Shown one piece after another: positions 40,651-53,387 of a DNA stretch of 64,000 bases. The stretch's first letter is position 1. Each line of letters starts with the position of its first letter. The position numbers were made by a program, and so were the translations under genes. A model generated the notes under the pieces. It had not been told where the DNA came from. It made no database searches and was given only the letters and a program-made list of their open reading frames with translations. The DNA is from Octopus vulgaris (lineage: Eukaryota), in the NCBI GenBank assembly GCA_951406725.2, contig OX597817.1, positions 49,476,001 to 49,540,000 of the forward strand, in the 5' to 3' direction.

Positions 40651-40682
40651 AAGTAAATTTTCAACGCAATTTCAACAATCTA

Positions 40683-41095
40683 CTTATACTCTTTTACTCT
40701 TTTACTCTTTTTTCTTGTTTCAGTCATTTGACTTGCGGCCATGCTGGAGCACCGCCTTTAGTCGAGCAAATCTACCCCAGAACTTATCCTTTGTAAGCCT
40801 AGTACTTATTCTATCGGTCTCTTTTGCCGAACCGCTAAGTTACGGAGACGTAAACACACCAGCATCGGTTGTCAAGCGATGTTGTGGGGGACAAACACAG
40901 ACACACAACCACATCCATATACATATATACGACGGACTTCTTTTCAGTTTCCGTCTACCAAATCCACTCACAAGGCTTTGGTCAGCCCGAGGCTATAGTA
41001 GAAGACACTTGATCAAGGTGTCACGCAGTGGAAATGAACCCGGAACCATGTGGTTGGTAAGCGAGCTACTTACCACACAGCCACTCCTGCGCCTA
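40683..41095 (-). mobile_element. family B SINE, full length
   Basis: Homologous to the other family B copies. Confidence 0.88.
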
Positions 41096-41687
41096 TGCAA
41101 AAAAAAAAAATGCCCAAGATATCTTTAAAAAACAACGCAAAACGCTGGCTCGATAAGTGTCCAGCCACCAAGCCCATCAATATGCGAAAACAGCAATACC
41201 AAGACTCGCATTTCCTTCAGTGAAGTACGGCAAGGATCTGTTTTGTCAGCCGTTTTATAATTTGTATCTTATTCGTTCTTTCCACACCTTCTCAACACAT
41301 TGACGTTGCCTTAAGCTACGATAACGTCACACACAATCACGGACACACAAAAACACACACGCGCACACATAAACACATACACGGACACACGTAAACACAT
41401 GCGCACACATTATCACGCACGAACAAACATTAATGCACACGCACGCACACACACACAAACACATACACACACAGCCTCTCGTCATTTCTCTGAGATAGCG
41501 GCACACTTTCTCCAATCCAGCATAAATTGACTAGAACTCTGCCTCAAAATTTACAGATCTAAAGCAGGTTTATCAAACTCGTTGCTTCTCATATCAGCAA
41601 CACCGGAGCATATTAAATATAACCAATTATCACAGATAACATTCCAGCATCACTACCAACAGCAACAACAACACTAACACCACCATC

Positions 41688-42475
41688 GGATCTTTTCCTT
41701 TTGATGGACGGAATTTTCTAGTTAACTAAACAATTTGAAACTTCGTATACTGGTAGAATGTGTCAAAAGAAAACATTATTGTAAACAAAATTGAAAACAA
41801 AATTGTAATTTCTAAGTTTAACGTAGTTTAATTCTACGAATTTTAACCAATGAGATCCCAGCATTTGAGCTCAATTCATTTTCTGCGTCTAAAAACTCAC
41901 ACACACACGTCTTATTCAGCCTTATCTCTTCTGTCTTCTGTCTTCTGCATGTGCTCTGCATGTGCTAGAAATAACAGCTATATCTCTTAAATCGATGAAT
42001 TTCGTCGCCCAATAAAAATATTAACGATATTTTTTGAATATTTTCTTTATTTTTTTTTACCGAAAAGGCTTCTCCCATGGTTTTGAAGGGCCAGAAACAA
42101 CAAAAACAAAACAATAATATGCCTAAAGCGGTCTAGAGTTTGCGCGTGGAGTGTGAGTCGTATTGTAAAAATTTGCGAAATATTTTTTCATAAAAGGATG
42201 CCCCAGCTTGTCGGAAGCTGTGATATAAATTGGGAAAAAAATCCTCGACGCCAGTGCGTAGTTGGTACTTAATTTATTGACCCTGAAACGATGAAACATT
42301 GACCCCTCCCCTTCTGGTTTATTTACTTTTGTGTAAATTTGTTGCGGCAAGGGGCAAAACACGAACGTGTATGTATGCTTGTGTGCGTATGTGTGTGTAT
42401 GTATATGTCCGTTTGTATGTGTGTGTACGCTTATATATTAATTACTATGTGCTTGTGCAAATGCATATGCATGTG

Positions 42476-42509
<34 letters not shown>

Positions 42510-42863
42510 TGACAGAGAGTGTGTGTGTGTGTGTGTGTGTGCAAGTGTACGTGTGTATGTATCTGAATATATATGTGTGTGTGTGTGTGTATGCGGCATT
42601 CGTCTGCTATGTTTCTTTATCAATATCGATAACGCAGCAAATGATTTGAGTTCAAATGCTGGGATTTCATTGGTTAAAATTCGGAGATGCTGGGATTTCA
42701 ATGGTTAAAATTCCAAGAATTAAACTACGTTAAAGTTACGAATTACAATTTTGTTTTCAATTTTCTTTGCAATAATGTTTTCTTTTGACACATTCTAGCA
42801 GTATACGAAGTTTCAAATTTTTTAGTTAACTAGAAAATTCCGTCCATCAAAAGGAAAAGATCC
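41688..42863. mobile_element. non-autonomous DNA transposon, Merlin-like (GG termini, 8-bp TSD)
   Basis: ~200-bp TIRs GGATCTTTTCCTTTTGATGGACGG / CCGTCCATCAAAAGGAAAAGATCC; CCACCATC at 41680-41687 and 42864-42871. Confidence 0.8.
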
Positions 42864-42871
42864 CCACCATC

Positions 42872-43262
42872 AAAACCACCAACATCACCAACAACAGCAC
42901 CAACACCAAAACCACAACAACCACCACCACCAACACCAACAACAACAACATCAACACCAATACCACACCACAACACCACCACCACCAACAACAACACAAC
43001 CATCACCACCAACATCACCACCACCAACACCACCACCACCAACACCAACACCACCACCACCGCCAACAACAACAACAACAACAACACCCCCACCCCCACC
43101 ACCACCAACACCACCACCGCCACCAACAGCAACAACACTACCACCAACACCACCAACATGACCAACACCACCAACACCACCAACACCACCAACATCACCA
43201 CCAACAACAGCACCACTCACAACACCACCAGCAACACCACCAATAACAACACCACCAACAAC
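42872..43262. repeat. (CCA/CAA)n low-complexity tract
   Basis: Read directly. Confidence 0.95.
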
Positions 43263-43729
43263 ACTCGGCCATATGCCTCCACACACACACACACACACAC
43301 ACACACTGGGCTTTCACACAATTTCCATCTACCCAAATGGTAGATAGAATTTCTATCTACCCAAATGCATTGGTTGTTCCGGGGCTATACTAGAAGAAAG
43401 ACACTTGATCAAACTGCCACGTAGTGGGACTGAACCCGAAACTATTTGGCTGCAAAACGGATTAAGATAATCTGCTGGAGCTTTGGAGACAGTAATGGAA
43501 AACATGGGGAAGGGGTCTCTTGCAAAAACCCCATTCACTGGGAGAGTAGTAGTAGTAATAGTAGTAGTAGTAGTGGTGGTGGTGGTAGTAGTAGTAGTAT
43601 GTGAGCGTGCGCTGTAACAGCGCATCGCTGCATCCAGTATTTTCTGTTGATTCCCTAGTGTTGGAGGATGATACCTTTGCCCCACTCAGGCGTTAACCCC
43701 TCTCCAACCCATGGGTCTTTTTGGGTAGT

Positions 43730-44040
43730 CATTGTTGGTGAGCGTTTTGCGAAGTCGGAGTACAAGTCCTAATTCAACCTTTTTTCTGGATGCCTTTTAC
43801 GGGACGCAGAGAAAATGCTGGGTCTATTCTTCTGGTCAGCCTGTCCCAATCACAGCGGCACGGGGGCCGTCCAAGAATTTGGACCTGGAGATCTCCATTT
43901 CCAGCGACTTCAAGGGCCACTTTACAGTGGTGTCGGGCGTCAACGAAGAGCCCTCGACTACAACAAGACGACCAAAGTTTATTTTTTTTGTCCAAGGTCT
44001 GGGTTCTCCCGTCCCTAAGCCCTAGACTATCACCTAATCA
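43730..44040 (-). pseudogene. decayed L1/Tx1-like ORF2 fragment
   Basis: Frameshifted PLKSLE, DLQVQ and DWDRLTRRI resemble the recalled post-RT motif GPVKLLGVWFGPDLQ..NWDEVTSRV. Confidence 0.4.
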
Positions 44041-44490
44041 CCCTTACCCGTCTTGCTGCTTAACAACAACAACAGCAGCAGCACGTGGTGGGGGAGGACT
44101 AAACAACAGATGACCAAGATCCACAGCCCTAATGTGTTTACCGTTATCACAATTACCTGAGGTGCAGCAAGAAAATATTCCACCCGGGGTGACCTTTGAT
44201 TTCGCCACCTACACCCCTAACAGTACTGCTCCTTTAAAAGCGTCACCCCCACCAATCGCTCTTATCTATCGCCCCTACTCTATCTCCCCTACTCATCTTC
44301 CCCTATCCATCGCCTCTTACCCATCGCCCCTGCACCCCTTAACCACTGTACTGGCTATTGCTTTGGGTATTTCTTTCCTTATCTGAAATAATTCGGAAAA
44401 ACCCTGGTCCTGGTATCTTTCATGTTTCTATTTTGGAATTTCATTTAAATGTTAATTTTTGTATGTTTTTATATTTACTTATCTTTCTAC

Positions 44491-44588
<98 letters not shown>

Positions 44589-45235
44589 TGTGTGTGTGTG
44601 TGTATCATCCCCGTCTCCAAAGCATCGCCTAACATCCTCGAATTCTCATTGTTAGCTAACAATAATTTTCGACAAGTTGTCTAAAGTGAGCGACTCATGT
44701 TAGGAACCTATTAAATAATGGGTTGATTGTATTTAGGTACTTGAAATGATTATGGAAAGAAGAATTGTAACTTTCCGTTACTCCAAATTAAAAATAGAAC
44801 TAAAGGAAGGCATAAAAGCATTAATGACGTAGATACGAGAGAGAGAGAGAGAAAGAGTGAGAGAAAGAGAGAGAGAGAGAGAGAGGGAGAGAGATTTCCT
44901 CTGAATAAAGCCATATTAGTTATATCCGGAAAATCAACTTACAAAACTAACAAACATTAACTAGTTTTTGAATGTCGAGTTGTCCCAGATAAAATACATT
45001 TCTTAAATTGAATTTGTTTTCTTTTTACTCAACGTCCTTCTTATTCCCCATCTGCGTATAGACTATAGCGCTGAGAGAGTGTCTATATTACTTTATATAT
45101 AAATTTATTTACTTAACTCTGCTAAACCCATGAGATAGTTTTTAATGCATAAAATGCAAAATCAGGATAAAAACTTTAATTGGAAATACTGTAAAGTTGG
45201 TAGTTACACTTGTGTTTAATATTCAGACATGGGAA

Positions 45236-45513
45236 GGCGGCGAGCTGGCTGAGACGTCAAGCACGCCGGGCGAAATGCTTAGCAGTATTTTGCTGTCTTT
45301 ACGTTCTGAGTTCAAATTCCGCCGAGGTCGACTTTGCCTTTCATCCTTTCGGGGTCGATAAATTAAGTACCAGTTACGCACTGGGGTCGATGTAATCGAC
45401 TTAATCCGTTTGTCTGTCCTTGTTTGTCCCCTCCGAACTCAGAACGTAACGGCAGGCAAAATACAGCTACGCATTTCGCCCGGCGTGTTAACGGTTCTGC
45501 CAGTTCGCCGCCT
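45236..45513. mobile_element. family A SINE (+) fused to an inverted family A head (-)
   Basis: 45236-45433 is plus; 45434-45513 is the reverse complement of a head. Confidence 0.8.
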
Positions 45514-45514
45514 T

Positions 45515-46079
45515 CATTTGACTTTTTCCTTTAGAGAGTATGACAGCCATGCACCGAATTTTTGCGAAGGTCGCAAGAATCGGTATTATGGCAGCATCCC
45601 ATCTGCTGCGCCAATTTCCTAGTGGACTGGCGCGGATCTTCGTGGATGAGCTTGTTCAATCGATACTCATTGAACTAAACAGATTGACAGAAAAAAAAAA
45701 AAAAAAACGGCTCCGAGTCTGAGATTTTCCCACATTGAAGCATGAAAACCATTTTTGTGCAGATCTTTCAGCACCAGAGCCTTCTACATACACAATACGA
45801 ATATCTCGTGTCTTTGACATCTTCGTAACCTTGAATGAAAGCGAAGAAAAGCAGATGTAATGAAAAAAAGAAAAAAGCGATCCTTTTTTTTTTCTATTTG
45901 GCACTCCTTCGTTATATATCTGAAAAGAGGTGACATTTATTCAAATTTCTAAAACAATAAAAAAAAAGTTGTAAGAGGAAGAACAGAGCTACGAAGAAAA
46001 GCATAAACAATTACGACAATATATTTCTCACGTTGATTCAAATAACATTGAAAAGAAACAACTTTATTACAACTCAATA
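45515..46079 (-). mobile_element. decayed mariner, 5' half with one TIR
   Basis: TATTGAGTTGTAATAAAG end; AERSAQKWFSCF, FNEYRLNKLIHEDPRQSTRKLAQQMGCCH and KFGAWLSYSL. Confidence 0.8.
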
Positions 46080-46489
46080 CAACACGTAGACTAGTGGTCT
46101 TTTGTTACTGCCATATACTCAGCTCTTCTCACAAGGTTATGCATTTTAGAGAAAGAACGTAAACGAATGTGATACTGCATTTTTACTAACTCCTTATGTA
46201 TATATATAGTGGAGGCACATGGCCTAGTGGTTAGAGCAGCGGACTGGTGGTCGAGGGACGCGGGTTCGAATTTCAAACCGGGCGATGTGTGTGTTTATGA
46301 GCGAAACACCTAAGCTCCACACGGCTTCGGCAGAAGGTAATGGTGAACTTCTGCTGACTCTTTTGCCACAGCTTTCTCTCACTCTTTCCTCCTGCATCTT
46401 GTAGGTCACCTGTGACGGACTGGCGTCCCGTCCATGTGGAAAACCGGGAAACCGGCCCTTATGAGCCAGGCATGGCTCGAGAAGAAACA

Positions 46490-46520
<31 letters not shown>

Positions 46521-46650
46521 CTTTTTTCAGTTTCCAACTACCAAGTCCAATCACAAAGCTTTGGTCGACCCGCGGCCATATTAGAATATACTAGGCGAAG
46601 GTGCCACGCAGTGTGACTGAACCCTGAACCACAGCCACTCCTGTGCATAT

Positions 46651-46719
<69 letters not shown>

Positions 46720-47144
46720 CATACATACACACACGCGCATATACGCACACTGATCCGTAAGATTCATAGCTGGTCACCCTATTTCCATGACGTATAAGTG
46801 ATCGAGATCACAACATTCCCCCTCAAGGCCAACAATTTTGAGAGGAAGGGGACAACTAGATTACAACAACATCAGTACTTGACTGGTACTTTATATTATC
46901 AAACTCGAAGTGGATGAATGGCACAGACGACTTCGGCTAGATTTGAACTCAGAATGTAAAGAACCGGAATAAACGCCGTTAAGCATTTTGTGCGATGTTT
47001 TTACAATAGTGCCAGCTTGTCTCATACACACACATTAAACATTGGCTATTGGTAAAATATCTTGTTCATGTATTTCGTTTTAGTTGCATCTGCCAGGTCG
47101 GCAATATTCACAGTTACAACATCGTAAATGTAGTAATGAACCAA

Positions 47145-47514
47145 GGTGGAGGTGCAATGGCCCAGTGGTTGGGGCAGCGGACTACTGGTCGTGGGATCGC
47201 AGTTTCGATTCCGAAACCGGGCGTTGTGAGTGTTTATTGAGCGAAAAACACTTTAAGTTCCACGTGGCTCCGGCAGTGGGTGGTGGCAAACCCTGCTGTA
47301 CTCTTTCACCACAACTTTCTTTCACTGTTTCTGTTGTACCTGTATTTCAAAGGGGCCAGCCTTGTCACCTTCTGTGAATCTCCCCGAGATCTACGTTAAG
47401 GGGTACACGTGTCTGCGGAGTGCTCAGCCACTTGCACGTTAATTTCACGAGCAGGTTCCTTTGATCGGATCAACTGGAGCTCTCGTCGTCGTAACCGAGA
47501 AAGTGCCACGATAA
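47145..47514 (+). mobile_element. SINE head C + tail 1 with 10-bp TSD
   Basis: AATGAACCAA on both sides. Confidence 0.88.
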
Positions 47515-49504
47515 AATGAACCAATGGATAGCCTCTTGGGAACTTCCGAGCGAAGAAGCTTTTATTCACGAAAATCTAATATAGAATTATAAAGAAAACA
47601 ACACTTGTACTTTTATCTCCAGAATTTATAATTAGTGTTTGATAGATTTAACTGCACTGCCAAGTTTCATTTTACTACAATAAAAAGTTTCCGTGTACAT
47701 GTTTGAAATTTCGCACTAATTACTGGTGCCTACACAAAAACCGACTAATTTTACATGATGTAATTAGTAAGTGTAACTTAATAATTGTCATAGTACTACA
47801 AGTAGTTTACGTATGCAAATAAGCACCAAACAATTTTCTAACAAATTATACTAACATAATGACCAAAAATGCAGTATTAACAAAAGTCTATCAATTTATT
47901 TGAAGTTGGTAACCAGTTCTCCGTCGGTTTTGAGGATGTGGGTTTCTGTTGATCCCATTAACGGAATAGCCTGCTAGTGAAATTACTGGTTGAATACTCC
48001 ACAGACACGCGTACCCTTAACGTATTTCTCAGAGAGATTCAGCGTCACACAGAATGTGACAAGCCTGGCCCTTGGAAATATGGGTACTATTCATTTTTGC
48101 CATTTGAGTGGAGTGGAGCAACATGAAATAAATAAAGTATCTTGCTCAAGGAGACAATGCGTCGCCAGGAATCGAACTCACAACTTTACGATCGTGAGCA
48201 GAATATCCTAACCATTACGCTACGCGTCTTTACATTTGAATCTCAGGGATAGCATCATACTCGCCCTATCGTCTTTAAAAGAAAGGTGAGATTAGATAAT
48301 GGTGATACAGATAGTTCTAGATATACCTGAATTTTAAAAGATGGCCACAGCCAGCGTGTCTTTGATCATAGGTTATCTCAACCAAAGTTAACCCTTTGAT
48401 ATGCAAACCTGTCATCTAACTTCTACTTGTTTTACATAACTCGTTACTGCCTCCATTTTTTACCCAGCTTTTCTAAGCCCACCTCTTTGTTTTATTGACT
48501 CTTGTCTATCTCACTGTCCCACCAAACACATTCTGGCTGGAATTTTACACCTCAAGAACAATAATATACCACCCGGTTTAGGAATCGAAAACACCACCTT
48601 GCAATCGGGAGAGCAACACCCTAACCATAAGGCTACGCGCCTTCACTGTCCTTTATCTTTTAGGTTTTTGGTTTTTTGACCCTTTCTCTTGCTCGATCAA
48701 TACTTCGTCTGAATAGTCATCGTACATTTTTTTCTAAGAGCTCTATTGCATTGTTAGCATTTAGAAATGGTTTTGAACCCACTTTCATATAGTTCTGCAT
48801 TGGACTCTTCCCCACACGAGACGCGTCCACTTTCACAGGAGACGGGCTTCCACTCACCAGAGAGGTGTCTTGCTTCACAAGAGACTGCGTCCTTATCAGA
48901 GAGTGTCTCATATTCATGTGAAGTATGCTCCATCTTAAACTTTATTTATATTTTATTGCTTTTTCTTATTGCTCTCTTTATTAGTTTTCGTTTTTATCAA
49001 TCTGCCAGATCCCTGTTGTTTCTCTCTGTTCCCGACCCTCAAAAATGAACCAGTGTTCTCGACCAGAAACACCAACTTCTCTGGACACATGAAGATCGAC
49101 AGTAACACAAAACCCAGGCTTTACTGAAACAGCACCGCTACTCCATTCCCCCATCCCAAGTCGAGTAAGATGCGAAGATCTCAAAGTCACTAAAATGGTT
49201 GCTAATGTACGTGTGCCGGAAATCCTGGTTTTGCAGCCGGCTTTAACATCCAAACCTAGCGATCTAAGGTCATTGACTTATCGACAATACTTTCAGGATG
49301 ACCGTGGGCTAAGTGCATTTATACACCTCACTCTCAAAGGAGACAAGAAAACGGGTTACTTACACCTATTTAGTAGTCCCAAAGACCGAATGGCGCACTC
49401 TCCATGGAACTTTGAATTTCCTTTGGAGAGTCCCTTAAGAACCAACTGCTGGCCCTTGCAGAAATTCAACCTTAACATTTATAAATCTTAATATCTAATT
49501 TTAA

Positions 49505-49893
49505 AAGGAGTAGGAGTGGCTGTGTGGTAAGTAGCTTGCTTACGAACCACATCGCTCCGAGTTCAGTGCCACTGCGTGACGCCTTGGGCAAGTGTCTTCT
49601 ACTATAGCCTCGGACCGACTAATGCCTTGTGAGTGGATTTGGTACAAATTATCAATTGAAAATAGCTATATATATACGTTTGTGTGTCTGACTTTGTCCA
49701 CCCCCACCCCCACAACTTGACAACCGATGCTGGTGTGTTTAGGTCCCCATAACCTAGCGGTTCAGCAAAAGAGACCGATAGAATAAGTACTAGGCTTACA
49801 AAGAATAAGTCCTGGGGGCGATTTGCTCGACTAAAGGTGGTGCTCCAGCATGGTCACAGTCAAATGACTGAAACAAGTAAAAGAGTAAAAGAG
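49505..49893 (+). mobile_element. family B SINE
   Basis: Head, CORE-like domain and tail as at 4650. Confidence 0.85.
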
Positions 49894-50734
49894 GTATGGT
49901 TTTCAGAGGTGCCGTAAGTGTGTGGTTCATTCTGAGCGGTGCAACTTAAATTCATTTATTATCATTTGGTTCTACCTCATCGGAACGGTGCTGCTGTTGT
50001 TGTTACTATCACTTTGTTGTTGCTACTGTTTTTATCTTTTTTTTTTGTACTCTTGTACTCTTAAAAACGTCGTCCTTACCTTTGTTGTTCCCATTATTAT
50101 TGACGCAATTGTAGATGTTATACTCCTCTTGCGAACGTTCTCTTACGAAGCCGGTAGTGGCATGAGATATTCCTGCTACCGTACCGTTCAGGATATAATA
50201 TCTCTCCCAATCTCAACCTTAACACTTCTACCAAATGAACCACACCTAGCTATTTTGAGAAATATTTCGGATCGTGTTCAAACTTGTTTGTCGTTATTTA
50301 CGGTCCACTGCTTCCACTGCCTACGGAACTCCTTGTTAAGAAACGAGAACTCTCGTTTCCTTTATTTTCTCGGCCTTGTACTGTAATTGACACAGGGTGC
50401 AATTTACATGTTGACGTTACATTTGTCGTTGATATTGGGTTAGATTATATTTTGATGACCTCGTTAACTGTTCTTCCGCTATTGATATTGGCTTCAAATT
50501 TTGGCACAAAATCAGCAAGTTCAGGGGAGGAGGTAAGTCGATTACCTCGACGCCAGTATTCAACTGGTACTTATTTTATTGACCCCGAAAGAAAGAAAGG
50601 CAAAGTCAGCCTCGGCGGAATTTGAACTCAGAACGTAAAGGCGGAAGAAATACCGATGAACATTTTTCCCGGCGTGCTAAAGATTCTCCCATCTCGCTGT
50701 CCTCTTCCACTTTCACTGTCGATATTGATGTTGT

Positions 50735-51226
50735 CTTCTTCTTCTTCTTCTTCTTCTTCTAATCACGACTCACGCCATTAGCCACAAAGAATAATCTCTA
50801 ATTCGAGCCTGCTCTAAGCTACTAAGAGTGCCTGTGGAAACTTGAAGATCCACCCACCACACGTGATAGACTGGCTCTTGCACGGGCACGAAAGCTACGT
50901 TGTTATCCACATTCCGTAAACGGTGGCTTTTAACGGGTGGAGAGCTGAACCATCCTGGGTACAGAGGATTCGAAATCTAGATTAGGGTCTGAAAGTTTAC
51001 CACACCATAGTTGGTTACACCATGGTTCTTCTGCTTTGTGGCAGAAGTAGGAAGAAAAACTGAGGGAGAGTTGTGGTGAAAGAGTACAGCCCCCACCCCG
51101 CCGGAGCCTCGTGGAGCTTAGGTATTTTCGCTCAATAAACACTCACAATGCCCGGTCTGGGAATCGAAACCGCGTTCTTACGACCGCGAGTCAGCTGCCC
51201 TAACCACTGGGCCATTGCGCCTCCAC
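50735..51226 (-). mobile_element. SINE head C + unique body with (GAA)n tail
   Basis: Head C to ~51040, then ~280 bp seen nowhere else in the window, ending in (GAA)n. Confidence 0.65.
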
Positions 51227-52379
51227 ATGTTGTTGTCGTCGACGTTTGCTCAAAGCCACGAAGGTGCGCAGCTTAGTAGTTAGGGTATTTGGCTCACGAT
51301 CGTAAGGCCGTGGTTTCGATTCCCGGTGGCACATTGACACCTTGAGGAAGACATTTTATTTCACGTTGCTCCAAATCTTTCAGCTGGCAAAAATAAGTAG
51401 TACTGGTTGTTCAAAGAGTCAGCCTTGTTGCATTCTATGTCGCGGTAAATCTCCCTGAGAACTACGTTAACGACATGCGTGTCCGTGGAGTACTCAGCCA
51501 CTTACATGTTAATTTCACAAACAGGCTGTTCCGTTGGTGGAGCTAACTGGAACCTTCGTCGTCGTAACCGACGGAGTGCCAGTGTATAGATCCAGGTTGG
51601 CCCTGATCGAGTATTGTAGCTTTCTAATGAAAAGCATACCGGCCGTGTGGAATAGAGAGAGCATGTCATTGATGAGGTCGTGAGTAGTGAACTTTAACAA
51701 ACCTAGTTGACTGACTGATTGACAGAACAATTAATCAAACGATTGATTAGTTTATTGGTTAACCAATTGACTAATAATAATTTCAAATTTTGATATAAAG
51801 CCACCAATTCTAAAAGAGGGAGAAACTCAATTACATCGACCCAACTATTTGACTGGTACTTTATCGACCCCGAAATGATGAAAAGCAAAGTCGTTTTCGG
51901 CGGCATTTGAACTCAGAACGTAAAGCTGGAAGGAACGCCGATGAGCACTTTAGCATGCTTCTACAAACTCGCCGCCTTGATCAAATTACTAATAATATTA
52001 AAAAAGTGAACTAAAACCAGTGCATGTGTTTATTATTGACATAATGGCCCTCCCGAGATAGAACAAAGTATATAGTAATATTAGGAAGAAAATACCTTGC
52101 AACATTTAGTCAAACCATTTTACGTTTGTACGTTCTTAGTTCCCATCTTACAGAGGTTAACTTTCTCATTCGTATTCTTAGATCAGTTAAAACACATATA
52201 TGTCTTCCCTTTATTTTGACGCTAAGGTGTGATTTGAGCTTACTGTATCTATTACGATGAGTTGCATATGTATTCTTCATATGTTCTGGCAGATTCGGAT
52301 GTGAAAATGCTAATCGCAGTTATGTTTCGTCACAGGAGATCATCTCTTTTTACGACGAATATATTTCCATCACACTTTC

Positions 52380-52454
52380 GATTCGTTTTACAAGGGACTT
52401 CGGGACACCCATTGTTTCAATATTATTCCCTCTCGTCAGTCGGACTATTGAATC
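52380..52454 (-). ncRNA. type I hammerhead, copy 1
   Basis: CTGACGA (52433-52439), GAAACA-ATGGG-TGTC with GUC at 52404-52406; base of stem II is G.U. Confidence 0.75.
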
Positions 52455-52547
52455 TAACAGGATTTCGAGATTCTTGTTTATAACTTGTACCAATCAATAA
52501 TAACATATCATTAATAATAACGACGAATATATTTCCATCACACTTTC

Positions 52548-52622
52548 GAATCATTTTACAAGGGACTTTCGGGCACCCATTGTTTCGACATTATTCCCTC
52601 TCGTCAGCCGGACTATTGAATC
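52548..52622 (-). ncRNA. type I hammerhead, copy 2
   Basis: CGG-CTGACGA-GA...TC-GAAACA; the cleavage triplet has lost its U. Confidence 0.7.
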
Positions 52623-52712
52623 TAACAAGATTTCGAGGTTCTTGCTTATAACTTGTACCAATCAATAACATATTATTAATAATAACGACGAATATATTTC
52701 CATCACACTTTC

Positions 52713-52787
52713 GATTCATTTTACGAGTGACTTTCGGACACCCATTGTTTCGACATTATTCCCTCTCGTCAATCGGACTACTGAATC
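52713..52787 (-). ncRNA. type I hammerhead, copy 3
   Basis: TTGACGA (C3U), intact GUC, perfect distal stem GATTCA/TGAATC. Confidence 0.7.
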
Positions 52788-53214
52788 TAACAAGATTTCG
52801 AGGTTCTTGTTTATAACTTGTACCAATCAATAATAACATATTTAGTGGTTCAAGTGACCACATGGACATGGACTTGTTGATTCCACGTCACAGACATTTG
52901 TTCGTGTTATTGTCGTCTTCTGTATCTGTGATATGCTATTGTTGCTCATAATATTATAAATGGTTGTTGGTGTTCTCGAGGCTCTCGCCACTATTCTTGA
53001 CATTATTGTTGCATTTTATTTTTTGCCTTTTATTTGTTTCAGTCATTGGACTGCAGCCGCGTGTGCTTCCAGTACCTAAATTTCTGAAGTCGGATATTTA
53101 TTCTGTCGCGCTCTTTTGCTGAACCACCAAGTTCAGGGGACGTAAACAAAGAACACCTGTTGTCAATTGGTGGTAGTGGGTGGGGTCAATTACACATACA
53201 CACACCTATATATA

Positions 53215-53387
53215 TATATAAATTAGAGAAGAACCACCATGTAGCAATTCAACAATGATTTACTTAAATCATACCATATAGAAAGAAATTAAAGATACGA
53301 TAAAACATTTACCTAGAACTAAATATGGTATGCTTTAAGTATATCATTATTGAATTGCTACATGGTGGTTCTTCTCTAATTTATATA
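53215..53387. mobile_element. foldback with ~65-bp arms in (TA)n
   Basis: 53215-53279 mirrors 53323-53387. Confidence 0.8.

Larger units (their letters stand above)
52352..52841 (-). repeat. three tandem ~165-168 bp units, each with a type I hammerhead (retrozyme-like)
   Basis: Units start at 52352, 52520 and 52685. Minus consensus CTGACGA-GA gggaataatg TC-GAA-ACA atggg TGT-C. Confidence 0.85.

Noticed and set aside
39513-52841. Repeat-spacer patterns at 39513 and 52352 as CRISPR arrays
   Set aside because: Eukaryotic context, units over 100 bp, spacers are microsatellite or absent, and no cas genes.
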